Shown piece after piece: positions 51,632 through 64,000 of a stretch of 64,000 nt of DNA (position 1 is its first letter; the number at the start of each line of letters is the position of its first letter). Where the stretch lies: contig NC_068992.1 in NCBI RefSeq assembly GCF_001194135.2, positions 65,318,019-65,382,018 on the forward strand. The letters are read 5' to 3'. The DNA is from Octopus bimaculoides (lineage: Eukaryota). Both the position numbers and the translations under genes were made by a program. A model generated the notes under the pieces. That model was not told the origin of the DNA. It saw only the letters and a list, made by a program, of their open reading frames with translations, and ran no database searches.

Positions 51632-52125
51632 AATAATAATAATAATAATAATGATAATAAAAATGATGCTGATTTAGGTTTGCACCTGAGTAAGTATATG
51701 TTTGTCAGTATTGTTGCGTTCATGTGTAAATATTTGTGTAGGTGCTAAGAGTATTATGTCTTCAGAGAACAATCGTTCGTGACAAATTACTGTAGATAAT
51801 ACAGTTCACAGCAAAGCAGCATTCCCCGAGGAATGCATTGTCGAACGCGTTTACGAGCTAAAAATATTGAACTCTCCGCAGCCTTACATTCCATCACACT
51901 TTCAGCTAAATAGCGTGCCAAAACACGTTTTATAGATTTCTAGATAGCGTAACCTATTTATGCATTATGGAGAGATGAAATGTGTGCATGAGTGTGCGAG
52001 CGTGTGTGTGCGTGTGGATCGGTTAAGAATAAGCACCTCATCTCTTAAACACAAGTATACAGTTTACGTGGCCTTGTAATTTAATGCGTTTATGTATACA
52101 TGTATATATCCATGTACATATAAAT

Positions 52126-52198
<73 letters not shown>

Positions 52199-52222
52199 TT
52201 TGTATATTTATCTATCTATCAA

Positions 52223-52278
<56 letters not shown>

Positions 52279-53161
52279 AGCATATATGTATTTATATGTG
52301 TACAAATAACTGTGAGTTAATCACACCACCTACAGATTTCTGTATATATTTATTTAATTATTCCGTGACTATACGAACCGCCCAGTGCTTTTCTCACATG
52401 TGTTTGAAATAAGATATCAACACAATATGCTATATCTTTACGTGCCGGATATTTAGTAAAGAATCAACCATGATTCTTAAACGGAATCTTCGTAAAAATA
52501 TACCGGAAAAAATGCTACAATAATTTTGGCATAATTTGAACGCAAGACCTCTTGAACTGTTACCAATCTTTAGCTCGTGTCTTATTACACCTGGCAGATA
52601 AATTTCCGTTATATAAATACGTTATTTCATTTCCCCGTGTTTACTAAATCCAGTCAATCAGAATATCTTTCTTTCAATTGGACCCGTATAACCTATCACG
52701 AACATGGTAATTTTGTCGTTTCGCTCTCAGAAAATCCTTTATCGAGCAGGCATAAGAATTCCATCGATGGCTCTCCCATGTTAAATTCTTATTGAGACAT
52801 GGATTATCAGAACGTAGACATAATTATATTAATATGCAAATGAAGGATGTCAGACATGGTTCGTCAAATGACTTTTATCATAAGGTCATCTTTGTAGTGA
52901 TGTCTAGCTCAGTTTTCGTTGTGTTATTAACATGCAGCAAACGTTTTGTGTTTCTTCTTGATCGATACAAGGAATTTTTATCTTTATAACTTGGAGAATG
53001 ATTTTCTTTCTTTTTCTGATTGTTACTGCTGTTGTTGTTGCTGTAAGTCATGCAGTGATGGGGGCATTTCTTACTATTCGAGGTTAAAAGAGACTTCAGG
53101 GAGAAAAATGTCTGACCCTTGGTATATCTAGAAAATATGTTTTCTAGATATAGTTCCAATT

Positions 53162-53193
<32 letters not shown>

Positions 53194-54002
53194 NNNNNNN
53201 NNNNNNNNNNNNNNNNNNNNNNNNNNNNNNNNNNNNNNNNNNNNNNNNNNNNNNNNNNNNNNNNNNNNNNNNNNNNNNNNNNNNNNNNNNNNNNNNNNNN
53301 NNNNNNNNNNNNNNNNNNNNNNNNNNNNNNNNNNNNNNNNNNNNNNNNNNNNNNNNNNNNNNNNNNNNNNNNNNNNNNNNNNNNNNNNNNNNNNNNNNNN
53401 NNNNNNNNNNNNNNNNNNNNNNNNNNNNNNNNNNNNNNNNNNNNNNNNNNNNNNNNNNNNNNNNNNNNNNNNNNNNNNNNNNNNNNNNNNNNNNNNNNNN
53501 NNNNNNNNNNNNNNNNNNNNNNNNNNNNNNNNNNNNNNNNNNNNNNNNNNNNNNNNNNNNNNNNNNNNNNNNNNNNNNNNNNNNNNNNNNNNNNNNNNNN
53601 NNNNNNNNNNNNNNNNNNNNNNNNNNNNNNNNNNNNNNNNNNNNNNNNNNNNNNNNNNNNNNNNNNNNNNNNNNNNNNNNNNNNNNNNNNNNNNNNNNNN
53701 NNNNNNNNNNNNNNNNNNNNNNNNNNNNNNNNNNNNNNNNNNNNNNNNNNNNNNNNNNNNNNNNNNNNNNNNNNNNNNNNNNNNNNNNNNNNNNNNNNNN
53801 NNNNNNNNNNNNNNNNNNNNNNNNNNNNNNNNNNNNNNNNNNNNNNNNNNNNNNNNNNNNNNNNNNNNNNNNNNNNNNNNNNNNNNNNNNNNNNNNNNNN
53901 NNNNNNNNNNNNNNNNNNNNNNNNNNNNNNNNNNNNNNNNNNNNNNNNNNNNNNNNNNNNNNNNNNNNNNNNNNNNNNNNNNNNNNNNNNNNNNNNNNNN
54001 NN
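53194..54002. other. Largest assembly gap (one of 18 N-runs)
   Basis: Other N-runs start at 894, 2183, 2965, 12727, 23380, 36339, 37504, 41624, 42524, 48240, 49019, 49961, 55145, 59934, 60833, 61547 and 63343. Nearly all abut (TA)n, (CA)n or (GA)n tracts. Confidence 0.99.
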
Positions 54003-54064
<62 letters not shown>

Positions 54065-54242
54065 ACATACATATATATAGATATATATATATATGTATAA
54101 ATGTTTATATATACATATGTAAACATTTACATGTATATGTAAGGTTGTATGCGAGATTATTTTCATCATTATCTTCCGTTCTGGAGTTAAGGTAGCCTCC
54201 TGGCTCATGCGAGTTCATGAGAATTATATATATGGTAAATGA

Positions 54243-54335
54243 AAGACAGAAGATGGAATATACGAGAATTTGTTATTAATCAGGACAATTGTTTCGACAT
54301 ATCAATCATCGATCCCTCACGAGTGGCACGCTTAA
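54243..54335 (-). repeat. Dispersed repeat, copy 2 (possible Penelope-like terminal sequence)
   Basis: Aligns to 34460-34555 over about 90 bp, same orientation. Confidence 0.6.
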
Positions 54336-54877
54336 CAGCTGGTGTGCTCGTGTGTATATATATGTGCATATATTTATTTAGCATAATTTATATATTTCCA
54401 CATTGTAAATACATATATTACGTTACATTAATGTGAGCTTAGAGGGATATATCATCTGGGCGGTAGCGTAATAACTCTGTTATGTTTCAAGTTACGGCTA
54501 ACAGCAGCGTTTAGCATTTAACGTCTGTAACTAAAAGGAGTTGTTACGCATGCTGTAAATTCCTCAGATGGTTAATTCCGTGTTCGCTTCTCCGGATGAT
54601 AATATTATCTGGAGTGTATATCAGAAATAATTATAACGATGGGTAATATTGAGCCTCGTGCATCTTCAGACTGTATTTCCTTTCATTTTTTAATGTCACA
54701 GCAATATTTCTACGGCTTTGCAAAGTTTAATTTCGCTAGTTGCTCTTGATGAGTACGATGCTGCGAGTAGATACAGTCATCTTTTGAATCCTTCTGCTCT
54801 GTGTTTCAGTCATTAAGCTTCACTCATTTTGGGGTACCATTTTCAAGAATGAATCGACTAAAAATACGTTTCTATTT

Positions 54878-54960
54878 GCGCAAAGTGCCACGCAGAGGGA
54901 CTGAACATGGAGTCATGTGGTTGGGGAGCAAGCTTCTTACTACACAACCACGCCTGCGCC
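54878..54960 (-). mobile_element. SINE family A head
   Basis: Reverse complement: aggcgcaggcgtggttgtgtagtaagaagcttgctccccaaccacatgactccatgttcagtccctctgcgtggcactttg. Confidence 0.85.
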
Positions 54961-56582
54961 TACGCTTCTATGTATTCCGTTAGTATGTCATAGCTTTCAA
55001 TTATGAGGTGTTATAAGCATGTAAATGTTTGTAAATTTTTTCATTCGCATTATTTTATTTTTATTTTACACTCTCCCTCTCTCTCTGGAGATTAATATCA
55101 TGAAACTGAGAGAGAGAGAGAGAGAGGGAGAGAGAGGGAGAGANNNNNNNNNNAGAGAGAGAGAGAGAGCGAGAAAGAAAGAAAGTGAGAGAGAGAGAGA
55201 GAGAGAGACAGAGAGAGAGAGAAAGCGAGAAAGAAAGAAAGTGAGAGGGAGAGAGAGAGAAAGAAATAAAGAAAGAACGAAAGACAGAAAGAAAGAAAGA
55301 AAGAAAGAGGGACGGAATAAATATGCGAAGAATAAGACAGAAAGACCGATAAAAAAAGTATGTGATAGATATTCACAAATAGATAGATATATAGGCTAAA
55401 CAAATAGATAGATATATAGGCTAAACAAATACGAGCGAATGAAAGGCGTGAGAGTAAGAAAATAATGTTACTGTTCAGGATGTAAGATCAAACAAACCAC
55501 ACAGCCATACAGACGTATACTCATATATATATATATATGCAAGCGAGTGTCTTTGTACGTTTTTGTGTAAATGGGTGCGTTTACAGGTAGTTGCGATAGT
55601 AATGCTGTTCTCATACCAGAAGAATCCTAAAAGCATGCATGTTCGCAGAATACATGTGTGTGTGTGTGTCAGTGTGTGTGTGTGTGTGTGTGTGTCTGTG
55701 TGTATACATATATAACCAAACATTCTCAATTACCATCACATTATCTATACCACCGTACACAGACAGAAGCAAATGTAACGCTTTACATACTTTTTGCCAA
55801 CATGTCTTTATTTCTTTTGATAACGTATATATTTTGTCTTACTACACAATGCCTCAATCCTTTTTACAAACACCTCACACACACACACCCACACACACAC
55901 ACATAGACACAAACACATGCCCACGTATCACATACATGCATCTGCACATTTGTACGCCATCTTGCCTCTATCTTTCCCTCCTCCCCATCTTTCTTCCTGT
56001 CATACTTTATAACGTTAAAGCTCCACTCCCATCTCTATACGTCTTAACACACTTAACTATTCTTCAAAGACAAACGGTTTCAAATCGAGGTTGATAGATA
56101 AATGCCTTATTGTCAATTGCTGTATTGTAAGATGCGACTAGAGCCTGCTTATACTCGACTTTATTCGTCACGTGACAGTATTCACACAGCACTTAGTACA
56201 CCATTAAACAACATTAAGTGGAAGAGCTGAGAAAAATGTCGAAGGAAGCTTCTACATAATGTTCCCTCTTCTTCGTATTAGATGTTCAAGTGTGAATCAT
56301 ACTGGCGGACACATATATACATGTATGCATAGATAAGTACATACATACATTCATATATACAATCACTACATTATATATGTATGTATATGCATGTGTTTAT
56401 ACATATGTGCGTGCGTGTGTGTGTGTGTACGTGCGTGTATATGTGTGTGTTAGAAAATTATACTATCCTGTGCTGTGACTATATGTAATGAAATATCAGG
56501 TCCAGGAAATATGTATAGAATGCATATTATGTATACATGTACACATATGCGCACAATCATACAAACACTCACATATATATAC

Positions 56583-56636
<54 letters not shown>

Positions 56637-56664
56637 ATATATATAGTATTTACGTCTTAATAAT

Positions 56665-57220
56665 CTAGAGACTTCAAGAGAGGCAAAGAAAGTTAAATTA
56701 TCAATGATGAAACTCGAAACAGATAAAGCTATAAATGTCATATAAATATTGGATTAAAAGCAGGCCTTGAATGAAAAATGTCGACAGTGATATACAAACT
56801 AATGAAATAGGTGGTGTGACACATATGTCCTGGAGATCCTGCCAAAACATTTTGTGCCTCGCTTGCTGACGGGAAATCAAAAGCAGTCACGAATGGATGC
56901 GTGTTGTGAACTAAAAGAACAGTTGGAAGTTGATTCGGACCTTCCTTGGAAAGTCATCGCTGGTGAAGGAAGCTAAGGCTAAGGAATTTGCAGATCTGGA
57001 AGAGGTGACGAAAAAAAAAGAAGAGAAAGAAGAACGGAGGCGTTAAAAGGCACCACTTCGCAAGAGTTCCAGCACTGCTTCGAACAGTGGAAAATGTGCC
57101 ATGAGCGAGGCATTGCTTCAATTGGAGAATACTTTGAAGCCAATAAAAGTGTAAATAAGTAAATCTAAGTGAATGAAATAATATTTCGAAATTCCAGTTT
57201 CTTTTGGTTAGACCTTCCTA
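56665..57220 (+). mobile_element. Mariner remnant with large internal deletion
   Basis: AKTF/VPRLLTGNQKQSRMDACCELKEQLEVDSDLPWKVIAGE joined to EALKGTTSQEFQHCFEQWK...IASIGEYFE; these match mariner WVPRxL, ITGDE and C-terminal GEYFE motifs, while the catalytic middle is missing. Confidence 0.8.
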
Positions 57221-59863
57221 TGTAATATATTCACGTACATATACTTTTATGTTTGAACATGCCACAACGTGTTATAAAACTATTGCACTAATCAGGGTTA
57301 GATAACTGCTGTTTTCCCTTTAAGTTCGGTATTAACTGTCTAATTAATCATTTATCTCTAACATTCTCATGTTTCACTGATTTCCATAGCTCTTCGCAAT
57401 TTATTTCTCTTGCCTCGGATCATTATAGCTTGTCTGTTTTACTTTCACAGGCGCCTTCCACCATTATTTGTTCATACGAAGCATTCTAACTTCTTGTATT
57501 TACATTCTCAGGATTATCCTTTTACAAGATTTCATTGAATGTTTTAAGACAAATTTATTGAATTGACGCATCTTTTTGTATGTACGTAATGTAAGAATTT
57601 ATGTTTATTTGTATGTTTACCTGTGTATACATTTCTGCGTTTACATATCGAGAAAACACAAAATTTGCGCTCCGAAACAACAATGTTGCCTTCAATCGCT
57701 GTTAAAATATTTAGTTGGATAATATGAGTGGTTGTTTTCTTTCTATATCTGTTAATTATAACTGCAGAGATACAGACATAACTAACACTCACATATGTTC
57801 TCACACACAAAGAAAGCAAACACAAACGATACAGACAAAAACACATTCACATACAAGCAGTATTAAAGTATTTGAGGTATTTGCCGTTTTTCTAGAAATT
57901 TGTGTGTAATATCGATTGTTTAATAATGTGAAAAATCATTTTGAAGCAGAGATTGCACAATACATTTAAAATAATGGATTTGCACTGCATGTTTGCCAGA
58001 AATCTGACAGAACCTAATATGCGATTTGATCACGTTGTCATTGAAGTACAGATGAGCCCTGATTTAATACACTTCTCATTAAGCTAACGGACTATTTTCG
58101 CAACAGTTGCTATTTTATTTTCCACTTTAAAATATTACAAAATAAACACACGCTATTGCATGAAAGCATAGATGTCCAATATTCCGTAGTTCGTGTTGAA
58201 AAGAAATATTCAAGAAAGGAATCAAACGAACCAAAGGTAACTACAAGCATTAAATATAATACAAATCTTGAGAATACCTTATTAAGAAAAAATGTTCAAT
58301 ACGCTCAAAAAAAAAAAAAATTAAGAAAACAAAACAGAAAAAACATGAAAAGCATTGAAGAATTCAATAAAAGTTTTGGATTATTATCGTTTTAAAATTA
58401 CAATCAAATATCTGTTTCACAGAACCCCCCTAACTACTAACGATCTTTCGATTTTTTTTTTCTTTCAGACATTTTGAGCAGTAACCCATGGCCTATTTTC
58501 TTTTCTTCTTGTCTCTTTTGATGATCTTTTTTTTTCTCTCTTCCTTATTTAATAAACAACAACAATTATTTTCTCTTTTCAGCTCGCTTTACCTTTTATC
58601 CTCTTTTCACAGCAACTCACGAACTGTTCAAACTAATGAATGCTACCTGATACAATATGTCAGCTCTTCTTATTCACTAGCATAACAACATCCGTTTCTA
58701 TCGCAGGCTCCGTTACCATTATTATTATTACTATCATCATCATCGTCGTCATCATCATCATCATCAATCCTGTTTTCTTTGCAGTGATTGCAGTTACCGC
58801 AGTTCATTTTTCTGTGAATACTGTTGATATTTTTCAATTTATATTTAATGTCCTCCATATTGCTTTTGCAGCAAATAAAGAAATGCATGCTATTATTATT
58901 TTATTGTTATTATTATTATTATTGTTGTTGTTGATGTTGTTGTTATTTTTGTTATTGTATTGTTATTGGCATTGTTGTTTTTGTTTTGTTATTCTTACTG
59001 TTGTGGATATTATTATTATTATTGTTATTGTTATTCTTACTATATTATTTTTACTATTATTACTGTTATTATTACTATTATTACCATCAAAACCAAGTTA
59101 CTTTTACGCAATTGTTTAAAGCGTATTTCTTTTTTCGAGAATGGAAAAGTTACATACAAATGTTGTGTTGTTATAGCGTGACAGCTGTTCCGCCGCACGT
59201 ATATTTCTTTCCGTTTCATATCATTCTTGTATACTGATGTTGTTGAGACAGGTTCTTCAAGTATATCACTGATGAAATATGACTGATAAGTATATCAGCA
59301 TAAGATATAAAGTTTGAAGTGTAGAGTTAAATGATACCATTAAGGCGGTAAATGTAGGATATGGACTAGGAAGATTGCATAGAGACTTCCACGTAGCAGG
59401 AGATATATTTAATTCTTTCTATAGTCAGTGATTATGTTTATAGTCGTGTCTTGTCTTGTCATGCAAAACTGAGGTTTGTTACTGATATTTTGTTACACTA
59501 TCATCTAAATTATACCTATAAAATCACATTTATATATGAGTTAAAGGAGAACCACTTTTAACTGTTTTGAACAAAGTAATAGCATAACCACAACTTCAAC
59601 TGCTCTTCAAACTGGAATTTTGGTGACACACGTATTTGAACATTCTGAACGGATACCTATTAGCTTGAGCCAGCCTGACGACAACAGTTCATACATTCTA
59701 CATATGTATATATATATAGAATTATGCTACATTTCGTGTATTAGGGAGTTTGATTACGCTGACCTCGTAAAACTATAATAAGGACATTCAATTATTACAA
59801 ACATTATGGTATTTAGCATTGTGGCCACTGATAAATCATTAAATATCATTTCATCCTAATTAC

Positions 59864-59897
<34 letters not shown>

Positions 59898-61556
59898 GTC
59901 TGTATGTGTCTGTGTGTGTATGTAAATATATATNNNNNNNNNNNNNNNNNNNNNNNNNNNNNNNNNNNNNNNNNNNNNNNNNNNNNNNNNNNNNNNNNNN
60001 NNNNNNNNNNNNNNNNNNNNNNNNNNNNNNNNNNNNNNNNNNNNNNNNNNNNNNNNNNNNNNNNNNNNNNNNNNNNNNNNNNNNNNNNNNNNNNNNNNNN
60101 NNNNNNNNNNNNNNNNNNNNNNNNNNNNNNNNNNNNNNNNNNNNNNNNNNNNNNNNNNNNNNNNNNNNNNNNNNNNNNNNNNNNNNNNNNNNNNTATATA
60201 TGTTCCCATGTATATAGATTAAGTATAAAAGTCTTTCGTACTACAGGCTCTTTCTTGTTTACACTGAAATATCCTGAATCTGTTAGAAGTCTTTTATTGA
60301 CCAATATTACAATTCCTACAAACCGTAACGATAAATTCGCTGTAATATTTTTCATCACTTCCTAAAACTAATCTTTTCACAACTCTCTTTTCCATGCACA
60401 TCAAACGATTCCATTCACCAACCTAATCCCAAATATATACGTATGTGCGAGTATGAATGATTTTATATATATATGTATAGTACATGCATAAATATATATT
60501 ACATATATATAAATATATATATATGCAATATATACATATATAAAATATCTATGTACATATTTGGCAATTGTTTTATCATTCTGTTTACCCTTTCATGTCT
60601 CCATAGTTCTATCATTTTATGATTTGGTCTATAGTATTGCAAAGATATATCATGTATGTTTTAAACGACAAACAACTCCGCTACGGTTATGTAATTCCAT
60701 TCTTTTAAAAACCTAGGGTGCACTCATTACTCGTTATTTTACATGGTTACGTATTTATAGTTGTGTCTGGGTGTTTGTTTTTCTGTCATTGTATGAAATG
60801 CCTATGTACATATATATATATATATATATATANNNNNNNNNNNNNNNNNNNNNNNNNNNNNNNNNNNNNNNNNNNNNNNNNNNNNNNNNNNNNNNNNNNN
60901 NNNNNNNNNNNNNNNNNNNNNNNNNNNNNNNNNNNNNNNNNNNNNNNNNNNNNNNNNNNNNNNNNNNNNNNNNNNNNNNNNNNNNNNNNNNNNNNNNNNN
61001 NNNNNNNNNNNNNNNNNNNNNNNNNNNNNNNNNNNNNNNNNNNNNNNNNNNNNNNNNNNNNNNNNNNNNNNNNNNNNNNNNNNNNNNNNNNNNNNNNNNN
61101 NNNNNNNNNNNNNNNNNNNNNNNNNNNNNNNNNNNNNNNNNNNNNNNNNNNNNNNNNNNNNNNNNNNNNNNNNNNNNNNNNNNNNNNNNNNNNNNNNNNN
61201 NNNNNNNNNNNNNNNNNNNNNNNNNNNNNNNNNNNNNNNNNNNNNNNNNNNTATATATTATATATATATATATATGTATATTTTTGTATACGTGTATGTG
61301 TATGTGTATGTGTGTGTGTGTGTATTTACGTGTGTGTATGTTTGTATGTCATGCGCATATATATAGAATTACTTCTCAGGAAAACAACTCCCTATCTGTA
61401 ATGTTAATATTATTTCTTATACTCTTATTGATTTCTTTAAAGACGTTATGCTCTCATTATTGATCAACTGCTAATAGTTTACTTTGTCTTCCTGTATGTG
61501 TATGTATATAAATCTCTCTCTCTCTCTCTCTTTCTCTTTATATATANNNNNNNNNN

Positions 61557-61595
<39 letters not shown>

Positions 61596-63301
61596 TGTAT
61601 GTATGTGTGGTTATATGTATGAATATGAAAACAAGGTGTCAGTCGATTTTGGTCTCTAAAATAGTCCACGAACTGGCATAAATTGTCTTTCAGAACTTGC
61701 CATTCCAGACCATTTCTAGGTTCCTCACAAACTATTCTTTCTATTTGTTGCTTTCTCTACTTTGCACATGAGAAGCAGAAATGTATAGGAGAAAGAAAAC
61801 GAAAATAAAGAAATTACAAATATAATTCTAAGACTTCCATTGTGCTGCCTTATTTAGTAGTCATCTGCAACTAGAATATTCTTAATTTTCATAACAGGAG
61901 AGTTATATAGTTTACATTCTACGCCAATATTTCCAGGCGGTCGCTATATTTTTGTCATCTCTACTTTATGTAAGCGTATGCACGCATACACACTCACGTA
62001 GACATATACGTACTTTTATAGAGACGTATAAATTTATACATACATATAAATGCATATATATGAATAATAATGTATTTTGTAATTTATAAATTATATATTT
62101 ATATTTATATACGTATATATGTTTGTGTGTGTGTGTATGTGTGTGTGTGTGCGTTTGTGTTGGCTTATGAGGTAAAAACATTACGTGCGTAACTTGAACT
62201 AGTTCAAAGTAGTAGAAAGATCTATCAAATAAGAAAATCTAAGCCGTACTTTCTAGACGTTGTAATCAAATTTTATTTACTTGGTTCTGCTACTTAAAGC
62301 TAGATTTCCTTTCACACGTGTTTTTGACAGAATATCTATGTTGGAATCATTCTTCAACCAGAACATCGCAGAAACGTATTTAAATCAAATTCAATGAATT
62401 CCCATGCATTCGCCGGTGGTTTCTTTTTGGAAATGTTTTTTTATTTCATTCCACAGAATTTCATTTTAGAGGAAGTCTCTGCTTACAAAATTGATTTATA
62501 TATTTGAAGAATTGAAGAAATAATGCTTAAAAATGAAAAAGGAAGTTTTGTTAACTTTATTATGCAAACGTAATAGAGGAGGGGAAACACTCAGATATCT
62601 GATATCCCTTTAGTTATGTAAACAAATGCGAAATTCTTGAGCATACTTCTTCAAGAATTAACGCCTCTGATTTACGCCTCTGATTCTTCGACGAAGAATT
62701 CATAAATTATTTTGCCAACATTGCGCCATTTACGCTGCTCTCGTCGCCGCCGTTGTTGTTTCCCATCCGATCGTCCTTGGTAAAGGAAACATTAACACAG
62801 GTTGTATTAGCTATTACATTATATTTGAAGGTGAAGTGGACAATATACCACATCGTGAAATGTGCCACTTTCTATGTCAGAAAGATGTAATAAAAGGACG
62901 ATGCGGCTGCTATATCTAGCAGGTCCATTCACTAGGTAGAGCTTCCTTCATCTGCTCATCACTAACTTTGTTCATAGAATATAGATACCCAATGCATACG
63001 GAAAATATCCGCTTTGCCAGTTAACAACTGTTTTAGGCCGTTGTCCGTGAATATATCGTTGATAATCCTGCATGAACATTTTCCTGTCATATTCGAAGTC
63101 AATGTCCGCTGGGTTATATACAGAGACACATACGTATATGTGCGTGAGAAGGCTTGTTTTATATTTATGCATTCATATTCACCCACACATTCATAAACAT
63201 AGACATACACACATACCTTTGATCTCTATACATATTTTAAGTCACGATTACATACCTGTCACTGTAATCGTTTCTCTCCACTACTCTAAATTTTGAATTT
63301 T

Positions 63302-63342
<41 letters not shown>

Positions 63343-63352
63343 NNNNNNNNNN

Positions 63353-63391
<39 letters not shown>

Positions 63392-64000
63392 CACACCCGA
63401 AAGAATGACAATTATCTCCCCTGTCCACAATAATAACGATAACCAATTACCTCCCCTCAGATTTTTCTACTTCATTCATAAACTCCACACACAACATGGA
63501 CAAAAATATTTGTCTTAAGAAAATAGGTATTTAAAAAAGTTTTAATACTATGATGAGCAAAATCGAACCCGACAGACAAACACAATATAAAATATATCAA
63601 AATTATACTAAAACTATGTAAAGAGTGTCCATTTTCTTTCTTTAATTTCTTATATATATTCCAACTCACCACGTGGAGATAATCGAAATTCCTCTCGTTC
63701 TGTTACTATATATATATAAACTACAGAAGATTTGTATTATATGGTAAAAAAATATATTAAAATCGTCATGTCAGGAAAAATGATACGAAATTTTGTGTGT
63801 GGTGTCATTGTTTTAGGAGAAATAACCGGTTTGCCATTTTCTTTTCAAATTTCTTTACCGAAGTTGTGTCATCTATTCGCTACGGTGTGATGTAGATGTC
63901 ACAGCATCGGTAAAGAAATTTGAGAAATTTAAAAAGAAAATGTGAAACTGGTTATTTCTCAAAAACAAAAAGTTACTATACACAAAATTTAGTATCATTT

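Noticed and set aside
61690-61760. NGLEWQVL resembling the nAChR loop NGEW motif
   Set aside because: Extra residue in the motif, no downstream YxCCxxPY or equivalent, and no splice support.
62962-63210. YNPAD...VVNWQ and KCSCRI resembling nAChR extracellular motifs
   Set aside because: The motifs lie in different frames with the wrong spacing, and there is no FPFD or second Cys-loop cysteine.

Overview
AT-rich, microsatellite-saturated eukaryotic DNA with 18 N-gaps. The SINE, transposon and microsatellite content looks like a coleoid cephalopod, probably an Octopus short-read assembly; this is inferred from repeat style, not from a search. Only one host coding segment is supported: the terminal exon (38774-39351, minus strand) of a Cys-loop, nicotinic-acetylcholine-receptor-like subunit, encoding TM3, the MX helix, the intracellular loop, the MA helix, TM4 and the stop. 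No upstream exon was recognisable in the remaining 24.6 kb, so that stretch is probably intron, or an exon is hidden in a gap. The rest is decayed repeats: tRNA-headed SINEs of about three families, mariner DD34D and maT-like DD37D remnants, RTE LINE 3' ends, R4/Dong-like 3' ends sitting in (TAA)n arrays, and a Chapaev-like transposase fragment. Almost all other ORFs in the track are microsatellite or gap artefacts. The most notable structures are a cluster of fold-back elements in the presumed receptor intron: a 92-bp-arm hairpin MITE, a transposase fragment bracketed by inverted SINE heads, and inverted SINE and Dong pairs. No CRISPR, rRNA or true tRNA genes were seen.
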